64,000 nucleotides of DNA from Planctomycetota bacterium (GTDB taxonomy: Bacteria > Planctomycetota > GCA-002687715 > CAIWVZ01), in the NCBI GenBank assembly GCA_044222185.1, contig JBGANV010000005.1, forward strand, positions 402,425 to 466,424, written 5' to 3'. The translations under genes were made by a program, and so were the position numbers. Positions 48,440-58,609 of this stretch are shown piece by piece. Position 1 is the stretch's first letter, and every line of letters starts with the position of its first letter. The notes under the pieces are model-generated. The model did not search any database. It had not been told where the DNA came from and saw only the letters and a program-made list of their open reading frames with translations.

Positions 48440-49024
48440 ATGAGAGCCTTGATCTACAGCGCGTTTCTTGTCCTGGCGACCCTCCTGGTCGCTCACGGGA
48501 TCTTCACCGAGGAGTCCGCCAAGTCGGAACGCGACAAGGCCCGGCTGTCACCGAGCCCGGACTACACGACCGTCCTCGTTCAATACCCCTACTGCCAGAC
48601 GTCCATCGAGGCACACCTCGAAACCCTCGACCGCAAGGTCAAGCTTGCGAACGACGCGGCACTGCCGGGCAAGGCCGAGCTGAAGAAGGCCGTGGACGAC
48701 ATCCTCGACAAGACGAAGTCGGGGATCAGCGGGAAGCCGCCGTTCGTCATGCCGTACTCGGCAGCGATCATCGGCCTCGCCGGACTGCTGCTCGCGCTGA
48801 TCATGCCGGGCACCCGCATGCGTGGCCTCGCGTTCCTCGGCCTCCTGTTCGGCGGCGCCGCGAGCCTCCTCGGCATGCTCCCGACCGACAGCCAGGTGAG
48901 CTTGATCAAACAGTTCGACTTCGCGCGCCACGTCGTCGCCAACTTCCCCCACGTCGCCCAGGGTTGCCTGCTGCTCGCGGGCATCACCCTGGCGGTGCGG
49001 GCGCGTCGTCACGAGTCCGACTGA
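48440..49024 (+). CDS. Hypothetical membrane protein
   Basis: Four hydrophobic segments and coding-like GC3 bias; no family recognised. Confidence 0.65.
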   Translation: MRALIYSAFLVLATLLVAHGIFTEESAKSERDKARLSPSPDYTTVLVQYPYCQTSIEAHLETLDRKVKLANDAALPGKAELKKAVDDILDKTKSGISGKPPFVMPYSAAIIGLAGLLLALIMPGTRMRGLAFLGLLFGGAASLLGMLPTDSQVSLIKQFDFARHVVANFPHVAQGCLLLAGITLAVRARRHESD

Positions 49025-49108
49025 GCGCGCCGCGGGTCGTGCCCGCTCGCGCGGCCCGCAACCTCCGCACGCCTCGATTGCATCACGCTCCCGACTAGGA
49101 GATCCGCC

Positions 49109-51127
49109 ATGCGCATCCTCATCCTCACGGCGGCCGCCGTGCTGTCACTTGGTCGGCCGGTGTTCGCCCAGACCAGCCTTGCCGAGTGCATCCCCGCCGA
49201 CACCCTCGCCTACATCCGGATCGAGGATCCCATCGGCGCATGGGAGAAGATCACGGGAAGTGGAGAGATCTGGACACAGCCGACGAAGGTTTCATCCAAG
49301 ACGCGCGCGTCCATGGACAAGAACCTGAAGTCGGGCGACCGGAACCTCGGGAAGGAGGAAGGGACGCTCGATGCGTGGCTGCGGAGCATCGGAACCATCG
49401 AGCTCGCGCTCTTCTCTTTGGACTTCGGCGGAAAGATCGAGGAGATGGACGGGCCTCCCATGCCCGACTTCGTGGCCAGTCTCGAATCTCCGGCCGCCAT
49501 CGAGATGTACAACACGATGTCCCAGATGATGGTCGACCGGGGACGCGCGACGCGGAACGAGCGAGGCGACCTCGTCATCACCATGCCGGGGGCCGGAGGG
49601 TTCGCACCCCTCTTCAGCGTGCAGGGAAGCCGGATCATCCTCGCCTCCAGCGAGGGTCGCCTGAACTCGGCGGTCGCCGCCTCGAAGGGCGGCACGGGCA
49701 ACAGCCTGGCGTCGAACCCGGCGTTCCAGGCGACCGTCGGCGACGGCCGCGGGCCAAACGTCGCCTACATGCGCTTCGGCGCCCTCCTGCAGCTCATCCG
49801 CGACAACCTCTCGGACGAGAACCAGCGGCGGATGACGGACATCATCACGCCGCTCGGCCTCACGAAGATCACGGCGATCGGCTACCGGGAGGACGGCCCG
49901 AACGGCGTGATCACTGCGAAGTCCGACGGCCCCATCAACGCGTTCCAGCTCCTGAAGGGCAAGACGGCACCACCCACGCTCCAAGGGCTCCTGCCCGTGG
50001 ATACGGCGTTCGCGATCACGCACACGAACGACTTCGGCGAGCACGTCAAGCGCATCCAGAAGTACCTCACCGATCCCAAGACGTTCCCATTCGCTCCGGC
50101 CGTGGGCGCGGGCCTGGTCGCCATGTCGATGAAGCTCGGTCTGACGCTCGACGGTGCCGTCAGTCCCTTCACGGACGGGTTCGTCGTGGCCGCGATCCCC
50201 GACGAGTCAGGCAAGCTCTACGAGGAGGAATCGATGGTCGTCGTCGCCCGCATGCCTGAGAAGGAAGCGGCGGACGCCTTCCTCGCCAAGCTGAAGAAGA
50301 CGGTCGCGAGCTCGGCAGGACTGGACGTGGCTGAGTCCGTCGAGGGTGCGGTGACGTGGTTCACGACATCTCGGAAGCAGGCGGCGAGCGGCGATGAATC
50401 ACAGGCGTCGTCCCGATCGTCACGATTCCGCAGCCGCCGCGACACCAAACCGCCGATCGGAGCCTTCGTGAACCAGACGCTCGTCGTCGGTGGCGAGGCG
50501 CAGGTCAAGAAGGTCGTGGCGTCGATCACGTCCAAGGGACCGAACCTGACGACGACCGGCGCGTTCAAACGCCTTCCCCAGGACGCGACCTTCTACGTCA
50601 CGGGAAGCCTGAAGTCGATCTTCTCGAACGAGAACTCGTTCGCGACGGCGCTTTCCTTCCTCAAGGACTTCGGCGCCTTCGGCTCGTCGATCACCGCGAC
50701 GGACGACACCGTCGTCGTCACGTCGAACCGCGCGCCCGGACAGTTCATGTCGATCATGATGACGGGCGGGATGATGCACGAGAGCTCGGCGGGCCAGCGC
50801 CGCGAAGTCATCGCGAAGCTCGACGAGATCGGCCAGAAGACGCGCGCCTTCTACGAGAAGAACAAGAAGTGGCCCGCGTCGCTGGCGGACCTGGGGTATG
50901 CACCGGACAAGATGCCGTCGGCAGTCGACTCCGAGGGCAAGACGTTCCCGATCGTGTTCCTCCCGCCGAAGCCCGAAACGCCGGCCGAGGGCGGATACAA
51001 GGACCTGCTCGCCTATTGGCAGAGCAACGAGTTCGGTCGCCTGTGCGTGAACACCATGGGAACGTCCTGGAGCTGGTCCGAGTCGGACTTCCTCTCCGCG
51101 CTCCAGCGGTACAACACGATGAAGTGA
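49109..51127 (+). CDS. Secreted protein, DUF3352-like, with C-terminal pilin/pseudopilin-like module
   Basis: aggag RBS; signal peptide VFA-Q; repeated .LP.DT..Y units; C-terminal L.EIG...AFY.KN..WP.SL.DL. Confidence 0.6.
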   Translation: MRILILTAAAVLSLGRPVFAQTSLAECIPADTLAYIRIEDPIGAWEKITGSGEIWTQPTKVSSKTRASMDKNLKSGDRNLGKEEGTLDAWLRSIGTIELALFSLDFGGKIEEMDGPPMPDFVASLESPAAIEMYNTMSQMMVDRGRATRNERGDLVITMPGAGGFAPLFSVQGSRIILASSEGRLNSAVAASKGGTGNSLASNPAFQATVGDGRGPNVAYMRFGALLQLIRDNLSDENQRRMTDIITPLGLTKITAIGYREDGPNGVITAKSDGPINAFQLLKGKTAPPTLQGLLPVDTAFAITHTNDFGEHVKRIQKYLTDPKTFPFAPAVGAGLVAMSMKLGLTLDGAVSPFTDGFVVAAIPDESGKLYEEESMVVVARMPEKEAADAFLAKLKKTVASSAGLDVAESVEGAVTWFTTSRKQAASGDESQASSRSSRFRSRRDTKPPIGAFVNQTLVVGGEAQVKKVVASITSKGPNLTTTGAFKRLPQDATFYVTGSLKSIFSNENSFATALSFLKDFGAFGSSITATDDTVVVTSNRAPGQFMSIMMTGGMMHESSAGQRREVIAKLDEIGQKTRAFYEKNKKWPASLADLGYAPDKMPSAVDSEGKTFPIVFLPPKPETPAEGGYKDLLAYWQSNEFGRLCVNTMGTSWSWSESDFLSALQRYNTMK

Positions 51128-51173
51128 CGTATGCGTTCGCCCGGCGTCGAGCCGGGCGTTAGCCTCCTGCGCC

Positions 51174-51638
51174 ATGAACGAACCATGCATCCAGGAGCGC
51201 TACGCGCCGGGCAACGCCTGCTTTGGCTGCGGCCCTGCGAACACGAAGGGGCTTCGCATCCGCAGCTTCCCCGAGGGCGATGCCCTCGTCGCCGACTGGA
51301 CGCCGGAGCCTCACCACGAGGCTTTCCCCGGAGTGCTCAACGGCGGGATCGTCGGCGCGCTCCTCGACTGCCACAGCAACTGGATGGCCGCCTGGCACCT
51401 CATGAAACGGGCCGGAGCCGAGTCGCCGCCGTGCACCGTCACCGCGGACTACGCCATCAAGCTCCTGCGGCCCACGCCCACGAATGGGCCCGTGCACCTC
51501 GTCGCCCGCGTCGTCGACTCGTCCGATGATCGCGCGACAGTCGAAGCGACGCTCACCGCCGGCGGGAAGGCGTGCGCCACGTGCCGCGGGCTGTTCGTTG
51601 CGGTGAAGCCGGGCCACCCGGCATTCCACCGCTGGTAG
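51174..51638 (+). CDS. PaaI-family hotdog thioesterase
   Basis: CFGCGPAN..GL, PGVLNGG..G.LLD, VTA.Y.I...RPTP. Confidence 0.88.
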   Translation: MNEPCIQERYAPGNACFGCGPANTKGLRIRSFPEGDALVADWTPEPHHEAFPGVLNGGIVGALLDCHSNWMAAWHLMKRAGAESPPCTVTADYAIKLLRPTPTNGPVHLVARVVDSSDDRATVEATLTAGGKACATCRGLFVAVKPGHPAFHRW

Positions 51639-51699
51639 GGATGCGGGCGGGCAGCCCGGCCGAGCCGGGCTCGGCCGCCCACCCGCGATCCCGCGACGA

Positions 51700-53619
51700 T
51701 CAGTAGATCGTCAGAAGCTCGGCGAGGGCCGGCGTGGTCGCGAGGTAGTTGCAGTCCTCCTGCAACTTCGACAGGCAACCCAGCTCGTCCTTGTCACCGA
51801 GGAGACCGAGAGCGACGGCCGCGAATGCGCGGGCGTTGTCCTTGGCTGCACCACCGACGTTCGCGAGCAGGCGGTTCAACGGTCCGACCGCCGAGCGGTC
51901 GCCGATGAATCCCAGCGCGGTCGCCGTCGAACCGAGCGACGTCAGGTTCCCCGACGCGACGTCGAGCAGCTTGATCAGCATCGGCACGGCCTCACGGTCC
52001 CGGAGCAATCCGAGGGCGATGGCCGCCCGACGTTGCGTGTCGAGGTCCGGCGACGACTTCACGAGATCGCGGATCCTCGTGACCTCGCTCGTGGCCCCGA
52101 TCATCCCCACCGCGAGCGCGACGTAGCCCTTCAGCTGCGGCGAACCGCCGGTCTTCAACTCCTCCGAAAGCGACTGCACGGCCGGGCCGTGCTCGAGCAA
52201 ACCAAGAGCGACGGCGTATGCGCCCCGCTCGGAGTCGCTCTTCGTCGTGTTCCAAGCATCGAGCACGATCGCGCCGATGTCCTTGCGCTCGCCGCGGTGC
52301 TGCTGCCCGTAGATCGCGAGGCCCAACGCCCCGAACGTGCGATCGTGGAACTGCCCCTTCTTCACGGCGCCGACCAGCAGATCGCGCGCCTTCGCGCTGC
52401 CCGTCTTGCCCAGCGCGATCAAGCAAAGATCGGCGAGGGCCCGGTCCTTGGGCGACCTGGCGAAGCGACCGAGGGTCTCGATCGTCGCATCGTCTTCGGC
52501 GGGCGTGAGCAGGCCGAGCGCGATCGCGGCCGAACGCGCGACGTGCGCGCTCTTGTCGTTCAAGCAGTCGTTCGCGAGCTTCGTGACGACGCTCGCGTCC
52601 CCGATCTTGCCGAGCGCCGCGACCGCGTGAGCGCGGACCGCCTCATCGACGTCCGCATTGAGGGCGACACCGTTCAGGATCTCGGGCACGGCCTCGCGCG
52701 CCTTCATCAGGCCGAGCGCCAGCGCCGGGCCGACCTGGAAGTCCGCGTGCGCCCCGTTCGTCTTCATGGCGACGACGAGTTCGTTGACGACCGCCGGGTC
52801 CAGAGCGACGCGCGACCCGATCATTCCGATCGCCACCGCGGCGAACGCGCGCTCGTGACGACCTCCGCCACGCTTGGCGTCCGGGCCGAGCGGCTCTTCG
52901 CCCTTCATCACGCGAAGGAGAACGGGCACGGCGTCCTTGGAGCCATGAAGCCCCAATCCGAGGCACGCGGACTCGCGAACGGCGAGGTCCGTGTCCTTGA
53001 GCATGGCGACCAACGCAGGCTCCACCTCCGTGTCGTCGTTGCCGGCGGCCTTGCCCAAGGCGATGGCGGCAGCGGCCCGGGCGTCGAAAAAGGCGTCCTT
53101 CAGCCCGAGTTTCAACGTCGGGATGATGTCGCGACGGGTCTGATCGACACCAACGCGATCGATCACGTCGCCGTCCGCGTCGCCGAGCAAGCGGTCGATG
53201 TTGGACGTGGTTGCCAGGTTGGCGCGCACGATCGCCTTGACGTTCAGGAACTGATCATCGTTCAGCTCCCACCAGTAGGCCCAGTCGCCATCGCTGCTGT
53301 CCGTCGCCTTCTTTCCACCGGTCGTGCCGCCCGGACCGCGACCGGTGGTCGGACCAGGTGGACGCGAGGGGGCGCCGATCGGTGGCCGGTGTCCGCCCGT
53401 GTTGCCGCCCGGATTCCCGCCGCCCGACGTTCCGCCGTGCGGATTGCCTCCACCCGAGTTCCCGCCCGTGCCGCCGGTGCCGCCGCCGTGCGGTCCCGCG
53501 AACGTCGGACTGCCACCGCCTTGGGGTCCCTGGTAGTTGCCGCCGTGTGCCAGGGTGATCCCGGCCAGTATCCCTGCCATGCACAGGAGAGTGCACGCAG
53601 CCTTCGTTTCTCGCCTCAT
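51700..53619 (-). CDS. Exported HEAT-repeat protein with Gly/Pro-rich N-terminal linker
   Basis: gaaagga RBS before ATG 53619; signal peptide ending TLA-HGG; W..WWE.N motif; many R..AA.ALG repeats. Confidence 0.85.
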   Translation of the reverse strand: MRRETKAACTLLCMAGILAGITLAHGGNYQGPQGGGSPTFAGPHGGGTGGTGGNSGGGNPHGGTSGGGNPGGNTGGHRPPIGAPSRPPGPTTGRGPGGTTGGKKATDSSDGDWAYWWELNDDQFLNVKAIVRANLATTSNIDRLLGDADGDVIDRVGVDQTRRDIIPTLKLGLKDAFFDARAAAAIALGKAAGNDDTEVEPALVAMLKDTDLAVRESACLGLGLHGSKDAVPVLLRVMKGEEPLGPDAKRGGGRHERAFAAVAIGMIGSRVALDPAVVNELVVAMKTNGAHADFQVGPALALGLMKAREAVPEILNGVALNADVDEAVRAHAVAALGKIGDASVVTKLANDCLNDKSAHVARSAAIALGLLTPAEDDATIETLGRFARSPKDRALADLCLIALGKTGSAKARDLLVGAVKKGQFHDRTFGALGLAIYGQQHRGERKDIGAIVLDAWNTTKSDSERGAYAVALGLLEHGPAVQSLSEELKTGGSPQLKGYVALAVGMIGATSEVTRIRDLVKSSPDLDTQRRAAIALGLLRDREAVPMLIKLLDVASGNLTSLGSTATALGFIGDRSAVGPLNRLLANVGGAAKDNARAFAAVALGLLGDKDELGCLSKLQEDCNYLATTPALAELLTIY

Positions 53620-53694
53620 GATGCATCCTTTCCAACGGCGCGTTTGCGCCGTGACAGGTTGCCCGCCGTGTCCCGCGAGGGACGCGAGCTTCTT

Positions 53695-53710
53695 TGCAAG
53701 GCGAGTGCCA
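53695..53710 (-). promoter_or_regulatory. Candidate sigma54 -24/-12 promoter for the HEAT-repeat gene
   Basis: Minus strand TGGCAC-TCGCC-TTGCA, near-consensus with GG-N10-GC spacing, about 75 bp upstream of the start. Confidence 0.75.
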
Positions 53711-53934
53711 CGCATCGCGGCCCCGAGGGACTGCGGCGTTCCACGCGAGCCAGCCCCACGGCGACGGTGAGATTTGAGCCGGAATTTGCCCGGAAAACGG
53801 GCAGCCAGCGGAGGCGGTCGCGACGATGCGGGAGCGGCGCGGCCCTCCGAAAGAGTGTTTCAGCCGGGTAACGCAACCGTTGCGACGCCGTCCTGCGCGA
53901 CGCGCGGCACGCCCGCGTGCCGGGACGTCGCTCG

Positions 53935-53973
53935 AAAAAAAACGTCCCCCGCGACCGAAGCCGCGGGGGACGT
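53935..53973 (-). terminator. Intrinsic terminator downstream of the matrixin gene
   Basis: Minus strand acgtcccccgcgg-cttcg-gtcgcgggggacgt followed by a T run (A8 at 53935-53942 on +). Confidence 0.9.
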
Positions 53974-54004
53974 GGGCGTCGAACTCAGCGCGAACGAGCG
54001 GAGG

Positions 54005-55279
54005 TCATTGAGCCGTCGCGCTAATCCCGTTGCTCACCAGGGACATGCCGGAGAGCTGCGTGCCGTCGTAGACGATGAACGCGAAGTAGAACGTGATTCC
54101 GACGACTTGCGGTGCCGAGGGCACGAGGAAGTAGCCGTAGTTCACGCTGGACGCGTTCAGCGTCCCGTAGAAGTTCTGGAACCAGCTGTTGGGGTCGATC
54201 AGCGGCCAGATGAAGAGCTGATCGATCGTCAGCGGGATCGAGCGCGTGTCGCTCGGGCTCAGGTAGGTCGCCAGCGGAATGCCGTTGTTCCCCAGCGAAA
54301 CCAGGCCCTGGTAGTGCTTGCCGGCCTCGCCGGGAGAGTTGAACTCGAGCTGGGTGACGCTGCCGTGGGTGACGTTGCCGATCAGCCGGATCGAGTCGTA
54401 CCGGTACGCGGATGCCAGCGATCCGCATTGGCCCGCCGAACAGACCTGAACGGTCACCGATCCGGCGCTGCCCGACGGCGCGACGCACGTGATCTGCGTG
54501 GGGCTGACGAGCGTGACGCTCGTCGCCGGGTGCCCCGCGAAGGTGACCGCCAGGCCGTTCGCCGAGAAGTGCGTGCCGTTGATCGTCACGGCCGTGCCAC
54601 CCGTGACGAACCCGTGGTTCGGCGAGCAATCCGTGATCGTCGGCGCCGCGACCGCGTAGAGCGTCTGGACACCGGCGATGTCGTCCGCGCTCAACGTGCG
54701 TCCCGAGGTGTCTCCCGGGGCGACCGACGGGTACATGGTCGCGCCGCCGACGGCGCTGTGTCCCATCCCGAGCGCGTGCCCGAACTCGTGGGCCGCGACG
54801 CCGCGAATGTCGAACTGCGATCCGTTGGGCGCCTTCGCCCACGTGAAGTCGTAGGTGTTGTCGCGGTCGTAGAACTGGATGTCGAACTGGAGCAGGTTGC
54901 CCGCGCTGTACCAGTAGTTGCAGACCGCGAGCGCGCCGCCGCCGTCAGCCCCGGAGTAGTAGACGGTGTTCGTTCCGTCGTACGCCGTCGTCGCAATCGC
55001 GGTCGTACCCGCGTACGAGAAATCGAAGTTCACCTGCGCGTCGTTCTTCCACGCATCGGCGCCGGCGCGAAGCTCGGCAATCTGCTCCGAGGTCGTGCCT
55101 GCCGGCGCGTCCACGAAGTTGGGGTTGATCCGGTACGAGACGGACGCCGCGGGCCAGCGCGGCCCGTTGGTCACCCAGGCGTGAACCGAATCCCACTCGC
55201 CGTGGACGAGCGCGGCCGTCACCGTGACGATGACCAGCGCGGGCAGACCGTGCCGGAGGAATGCAATGTTCTTCTGCAT
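54005..55279 (-). CDS. Secreted matrixin-family (M10) zinc metalloprotease with IPT/TIG domain and shared C-terminal domain
   Basis: HEFGHALGMGHS, Met-turn ATMYP, L..DDI.G.Q.LY; P.IT..SP..G...GGT.VTI.G..F (IPT); C-terminal LNAS..VP..P..G.TFY..SNG. Confidence 0.9.
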   Translation of the reverse strand: MQKNIAFLRHGLPALVIVTVTAALVHGEWDSVHAWVTNGPRWPAASVSYRINPNFVDAPAGTTSEQIAELRAGADAWKNDAQVNFDFSYAGTTAIATTAYDGTNTVYYSGADGGGALAVCNYWYSAGNLLQFDIQFYDRDNTYDFTWAKAPNGSQFDIRGVAAHEFGHALGMGHSAVGGATMYPSVAPGDTSGRTLSADDIAGVQTLYAVAAPTITDCSPNHGFVTGGTAVTINGTHFSANGLAVTFAGHPATSVTLVSPTQITCVAPSGSAGSVTVQVCSAGQCGSLASAYRYDSIRLIGNVTHGSVTQLEFNSPGEAGKHYQGLVSLGNNGIPLATYLSPSDTRSIPLTIDQLFIWPLIDPNSWFQNFYGTLNASSVNYGYFLVPSAPQVVGITFYFAFIVYDGTQLSGMSLVSNGISATAQ

Positions 55280-55291
55280 CTTGGTGTCTCC

Positions 55292-55765
55292 TCAGCGGCC
55301 CGTGTTGACGATGCCCAGCGTGCGCGTGCGGAACGCGTCGAGCGACGTGTCCGGAAGCTCGCGGATCTGCCCGTCGACGACCGTGTACTTGCCGCGGAAC
55401 CACCCGTAGACCTCGGTCACGCCATCCCGCGTTCGCAGGAAGCAGACGACGGCGTCGTCCGTGTGGAACGTCGGGGCTTCACCACATTTCATCGTGATGG
55501 CGCCCACCGTGCCTCCCGGCACCTTGACGGGAATCTGCTGGTGCGTCGCGCCCTTCCAGGTCTCGATCGGAACGAGCGTCACCGTCGTCTCGATCTTCGC
55601 CTGCTGTGCGTCCCACGCGCTCTCAAGGGACTGCACGCCTGCGAGCACGATGGTGTCCGACCCTGAGCAGAGGTCCTCGAGAGTGAGAGGGCGAACCGAA
55701 ACCGCGCCGCCTACCAGCGCCGATGCGAGTGCGCAGGCAGCGACGACCTGAAATCCTCGAAACAT
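55292..55765 (-). CDS. Secreted hypothetical partner of the matrixin (possible NTR/TIMP-like fold)
   Basis: aggag RBS before ATG 55765; signal peptide; LTLEDL...SD.IV.A.V..V.L...ETWKG..V.VPGG.VG..P.F...VVCFL; ends 12 bp before the matrixin start. Confidence 0.7.
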   Translation of the reverse strand: MFRGFQVVAACALASALVGGAVSVRPLTLEDLCSGSDTIVLAGVQSLESAWDAQQAKIETTVTLVPIETWKGATHQQIPVKVPGGTVGAITMKCGEAPTFHTDDAVVCFLRTRDGVTEVYGWFRGKYTVVDGQIRELPDTSLDAFRTRTLGIVNTGR

Positions 55766-55912
55766 GAATGTGTTCTCCTGGCTCCTAACCATGCTCCCCG
55801 AGTATCGGCCGGGCCCAGGGCCAAAAAGTAAGACTCGTGTCGTCGAGTGAATCCCGCCACCGAGAGGCGGGTTTCGCCGAACCACGCGAACCGGGATCGC
55901 GGTCGGGGTCTT

Positions 55913-56659
55913 TCAGGAGCGCGCGAACGGCTCGCCTGCATGCCGGCGCGCGCCGGGAAACAGCCGTGCAGCGCCGACGACGGCACACGGCGCGACGAAC
56001 GGGAGCGTCACCACGGGGATCAGGAGCACGTAGACGGCGATGCCGAACCCGAGCGTCGCAGGGAGGTGATCGAACGCGACGGCGAGCTTGCTCCGCAGCG
56101 TCATCGAGCGCCGGTCGAACGGATACGCGATGAAATCGAATCCGGCCAGAAACCAACCGATCCCGAGCGACAGGACGGCGCCGAACCCAGGGAGGACCAG
56201 CGGCGCGGCGAACGCAAGCGCGCCTCCAGCAATCGCGACGAGCAGGTTGCCCGCCTCGACTCGCAGGCCGGCCACTACGGCCCTCCAGATGCCGTGGCGC
56301 GGAACTTCAGCGGCCTCGAATCCGAGCAGCTCGGCCTCCGTCTTCGCGCAGAGGACCTCGTAGAACGGCGCGCCGACGAGATTGGCGAACACGAGGTAGA
56401 GCCCCAGCAGGAGCGGAGCCGCGGCGATCCACAACAGGATCCGCGCCGTCCACGTGCCGAGCGTCGCGAGCCACCCATCGCCCTGCGGAAGCAAGTGCAG
56501 GATCCGTGGCTCCGCCCACGAGAACCAAAGCCACATTCCGACGGCGACGAGTACGACGTTGAGCAGGACGGGAGTCGCCGCGAACGGCCAGAGGCGCGGA
56601 CGCGACGCGAGGTGGAGGAAGCCGCGGATCGGCGCGAAGAAACCCCTGACGAACTCCAT
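55913..56659 (-). CDS. EI24/CysZ-like membrane protein
   Basis: L....LWPF...PVLLN, N.VGAPFYE.L..K.E, FDF..YP.DR; multiple TM helices. Confidence 0.8.
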   Translation of the reverse strand: MEFVRGFFAPIRGFLHLASRPRLWPFAATPVLLNVVLVAVGMWLWFSWAEPRILHLLPQGDGWLATLGTWTARILLWIAAAPLLLGLYLVFANLVGAPFYEVLCAKTEAELLGFEAAEVPRHGIWRAVVAGLRVEAGNLLVAIAGGALAFAAPLVLPGFGAVLSLGIGWFLAGFDFIAYPFDRRSMTLRSKLAVAFDHLPATLGFGIAVYVLLIPVVTLPFVAPCAVVGAARLFPGARRHAGEPFARS

Positions 56660-56660
56660 G

Positions 56661-56858
56661 TCACGGGCCGCGCGAGAGGTGGCGCGCGCGCAGCAGATAC
56701 ACGATGCATCCGATGGCGACGACGCCAGAACCGATGCCGAAGGCCAAGTCGCCCACGGCGCCCGTCGATGCATACCGGTTGATCTGGATCCCGCAGAGAA
56801 GCAGCGAGAACGCGGCGAAGGTCGAGATGAGGATGCGATGCGCGGTGATCAGCGTCAC
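56661..56858 (-). CDS. Small two-TM hypothetical protein (65 aa)
   Basis: M.LI.AHRILIST..F..L..G; two hydrophobic helices; abuts the EI24-like gene. Confidence 0.6.
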   Translation of the reverse strand: MTLITAHRILISTFAAFSLLLCGIQINRYASTGAVGDLAFGIGSGVVAIGCIVYLLRARHLSRGP

Positions 56859-56947
56859 GGTCGAGCTCCGGCGGCGAGAGTAGCGCGGGCCACCCCACGC
56901 TGGAAGGTGGTCGCCCGCTCCACCCGCGCGCTCGCGCGCCGCGGGCG

Positions 56948-58609
56948 TCACTTCTTCACGACATCGCGCAACGAGTAGTTGAGGACGCTGACGTTGTAGC
57001 CGTCGACTCCCTTTGCAGCGACCATGAATGGCGTCCGCATGAATGCCAGCGGGATCCACGGGCAATCGTCACGGATGCGCCGAATGAGATCGGTGACCGT
57101 CGCCGTTCTTTCGCGTCCCGGCATGCGGGACGCCATGTCGAGGTACAGCGAATCGCACTTCGGATCGCCGTAGTGCCCGTAGTTCGACTCCCAGGCGCCG
57201 TTGCCTGCCTTGTCGCTGCGGAAGAGGCACAAGAAGTTCTCCGCGTCCGGGTAGTCCGCGAACCACGCGGTCCACAGCATGTGGAAGTCGCCCTTCCCGA
57301 CGCGTTCGTAGAACTGGCTGAACGGCTCGGTGCGGCGCTTGCACTTCACTCCGATGTCCGCGAGCTGCGAAACCATCAGGTCGGCCGCTTTCTCCACGCG
57401 CGCGTCGACCTCGTTCGAAGGCGTGTCGAAGATGAGCTCGGGGAAGCCCTTCCCGTCCGGATAGCCGGCCGCCGCCATCAGGGACTTCGCTTGCGCCACG
57501 TCCCGCTTCGCGAGCTTCCACGGCTCGGCCACGATCAGGTTGGCCTCGGGGAAACAGGGCGGCAGCGGTTGATCGGCGCGGATCGTCTCGCCCATGAATC
57601 CGGCCTTGAGGATCTTGTCCCGGTCGAGTGCGAGCGTGAACGCCTGGCGGACCTCCTTCTTCGAGAGGAGGGGGCTCGCCATGTTGAAGCAGACGTAGCT
57701 CACCTGAAGCGGCGCACTCGCGACGACGTGATGACCACGAACCTTGTGCGCCGCGACGAGCTGGTAGTTCGGGTCGACGAACTGCTTCTCGTTTGCAGCG
57801 AGGACTTCGACGATGTCCAGATCTCCCGCCAGGTACCGCGTCGCCTGGACCTCGGGTTTCGGCACGATTTCGAACCGGAGTTCGTCCACGCGCGGGAGCC
57901 CGGGAATGCGATAACCAGGGTTCTTCACCATGCGGACCCGAACGGCGTCGACGGACTCGAGCCGGAAGGGACCGGTGCCCACTGGATGGTCCGCGAACCC
58001 GGACCCGTATCGACCGATGGCCTCGCGCGGAACGATCATCGCCCACGGCTGGGTGAGAAGGGCTCGAAGCTGCGGGTAGCGCTCCGTCAGCTTCAGGACC
58101 ACGACCTCGCCCTCCGCGCGAATCCCCTCGGGCGGCGAATCGTAGTCCGCCCGCCCCTGGGTCTCGGCCTTCGCGCGCCACTCCTCGAGGCCGACGAAGC
58201 GTCCCTCGACGAACAGTGGAAACGCCGTCGACTTCACCGAGGGGTCGGCATGGCGCAGGAACGAGTAGACGACGTCCGCCGCGGTGACGATCCGGCCCTT
58301 CCCATCTGGAAAGCACGGGTCATCGGCGAATCGCGCGCCGGGGGTGACGGGCAGCCGCACCGTCTTCTGGTCCGGACTGATCTCCGGCAGCCCGCACAGC
58401 GCGGGCACCACGGTCATGATCCCCTTGTCGTCGAGCCGCGTTTCGAGCGGAGACTCGAAGATCTGCGTGAGGAACTGAGCGTGAAACGGGTACGGCGGCT
58501 GGATCCTGTGCGGATCGAAGCCCACGGGTTTGTCGCGGACGGCCACGCGAAAGACGACCTGGCCCGAGGCGACGCTCCACATCAACAAGGCGGCGATGAC
58601 AAGGCGCAT
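56948..58609 (-). CDS. ABC transporter substrate-binding protein, family 5 (peptide/nickel type)
   Basis: FDPH, F.DDPCF..GKGR.VTA.DV.YSF.R, PVGTGPF.L, VRQA..LALDR, W.ADYPD.ENFL; signal peptide from ATG 58609. Confidence 0.9.
   Translation of the reverse strand: MRLVIAALLMWSVASGQVVFRVAVRDKPVGFDPHRIQPPYPFHAQFLTQIFESPLETRLDDKGIMTVVPALCGLPEISPDQKTVRLPVTPGARFADDPCFPDGKGRIVTAADVVYSFLRHADPSVKSTAFPLFVEGRFVGLEEWRAKAETQGRADYDSPPEGIRAEGEVVVLKLTERYPQLRALLTQPWAMIVPREAIGRYGSGFADHPVGTGPFRLESVDAVRVRMVKNPGYRIPGLPRVDELRFEIVPKPEVQATRYLAGDLDIVEVLAANEKQFVDPNYQLVAAHKVRGHHVVASAPLQVSYVCFNMASPLLSKKEVRQAFTLALDRDKILKAGFMGETIRADQPLPPCFPEANLIVAEPWKLAKRDVAQAKSLMAAAGYPDGKGFPELIFDTPSNEVDARVEKAADLMVSQLADIGVKCKRRTEPFSQFYERVGKGDFHMLWTAWFADYPDAENFLCLFRSDKAGNGAWESNYGHYGDPKCDSLYLDMASRMPGRERTATVTDLIRRIRDDCPWIPLAFMRTPFMVAAKGVDGYNVSVLNYSLRDVVKK

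Noticed and set aside
51643-51685. GC hairpin between the convergent thioesterase and HEAT genes as an intrinsic terminator
   Set aside because: Imperfect stem with no T-tract on either strand, so too weak to call
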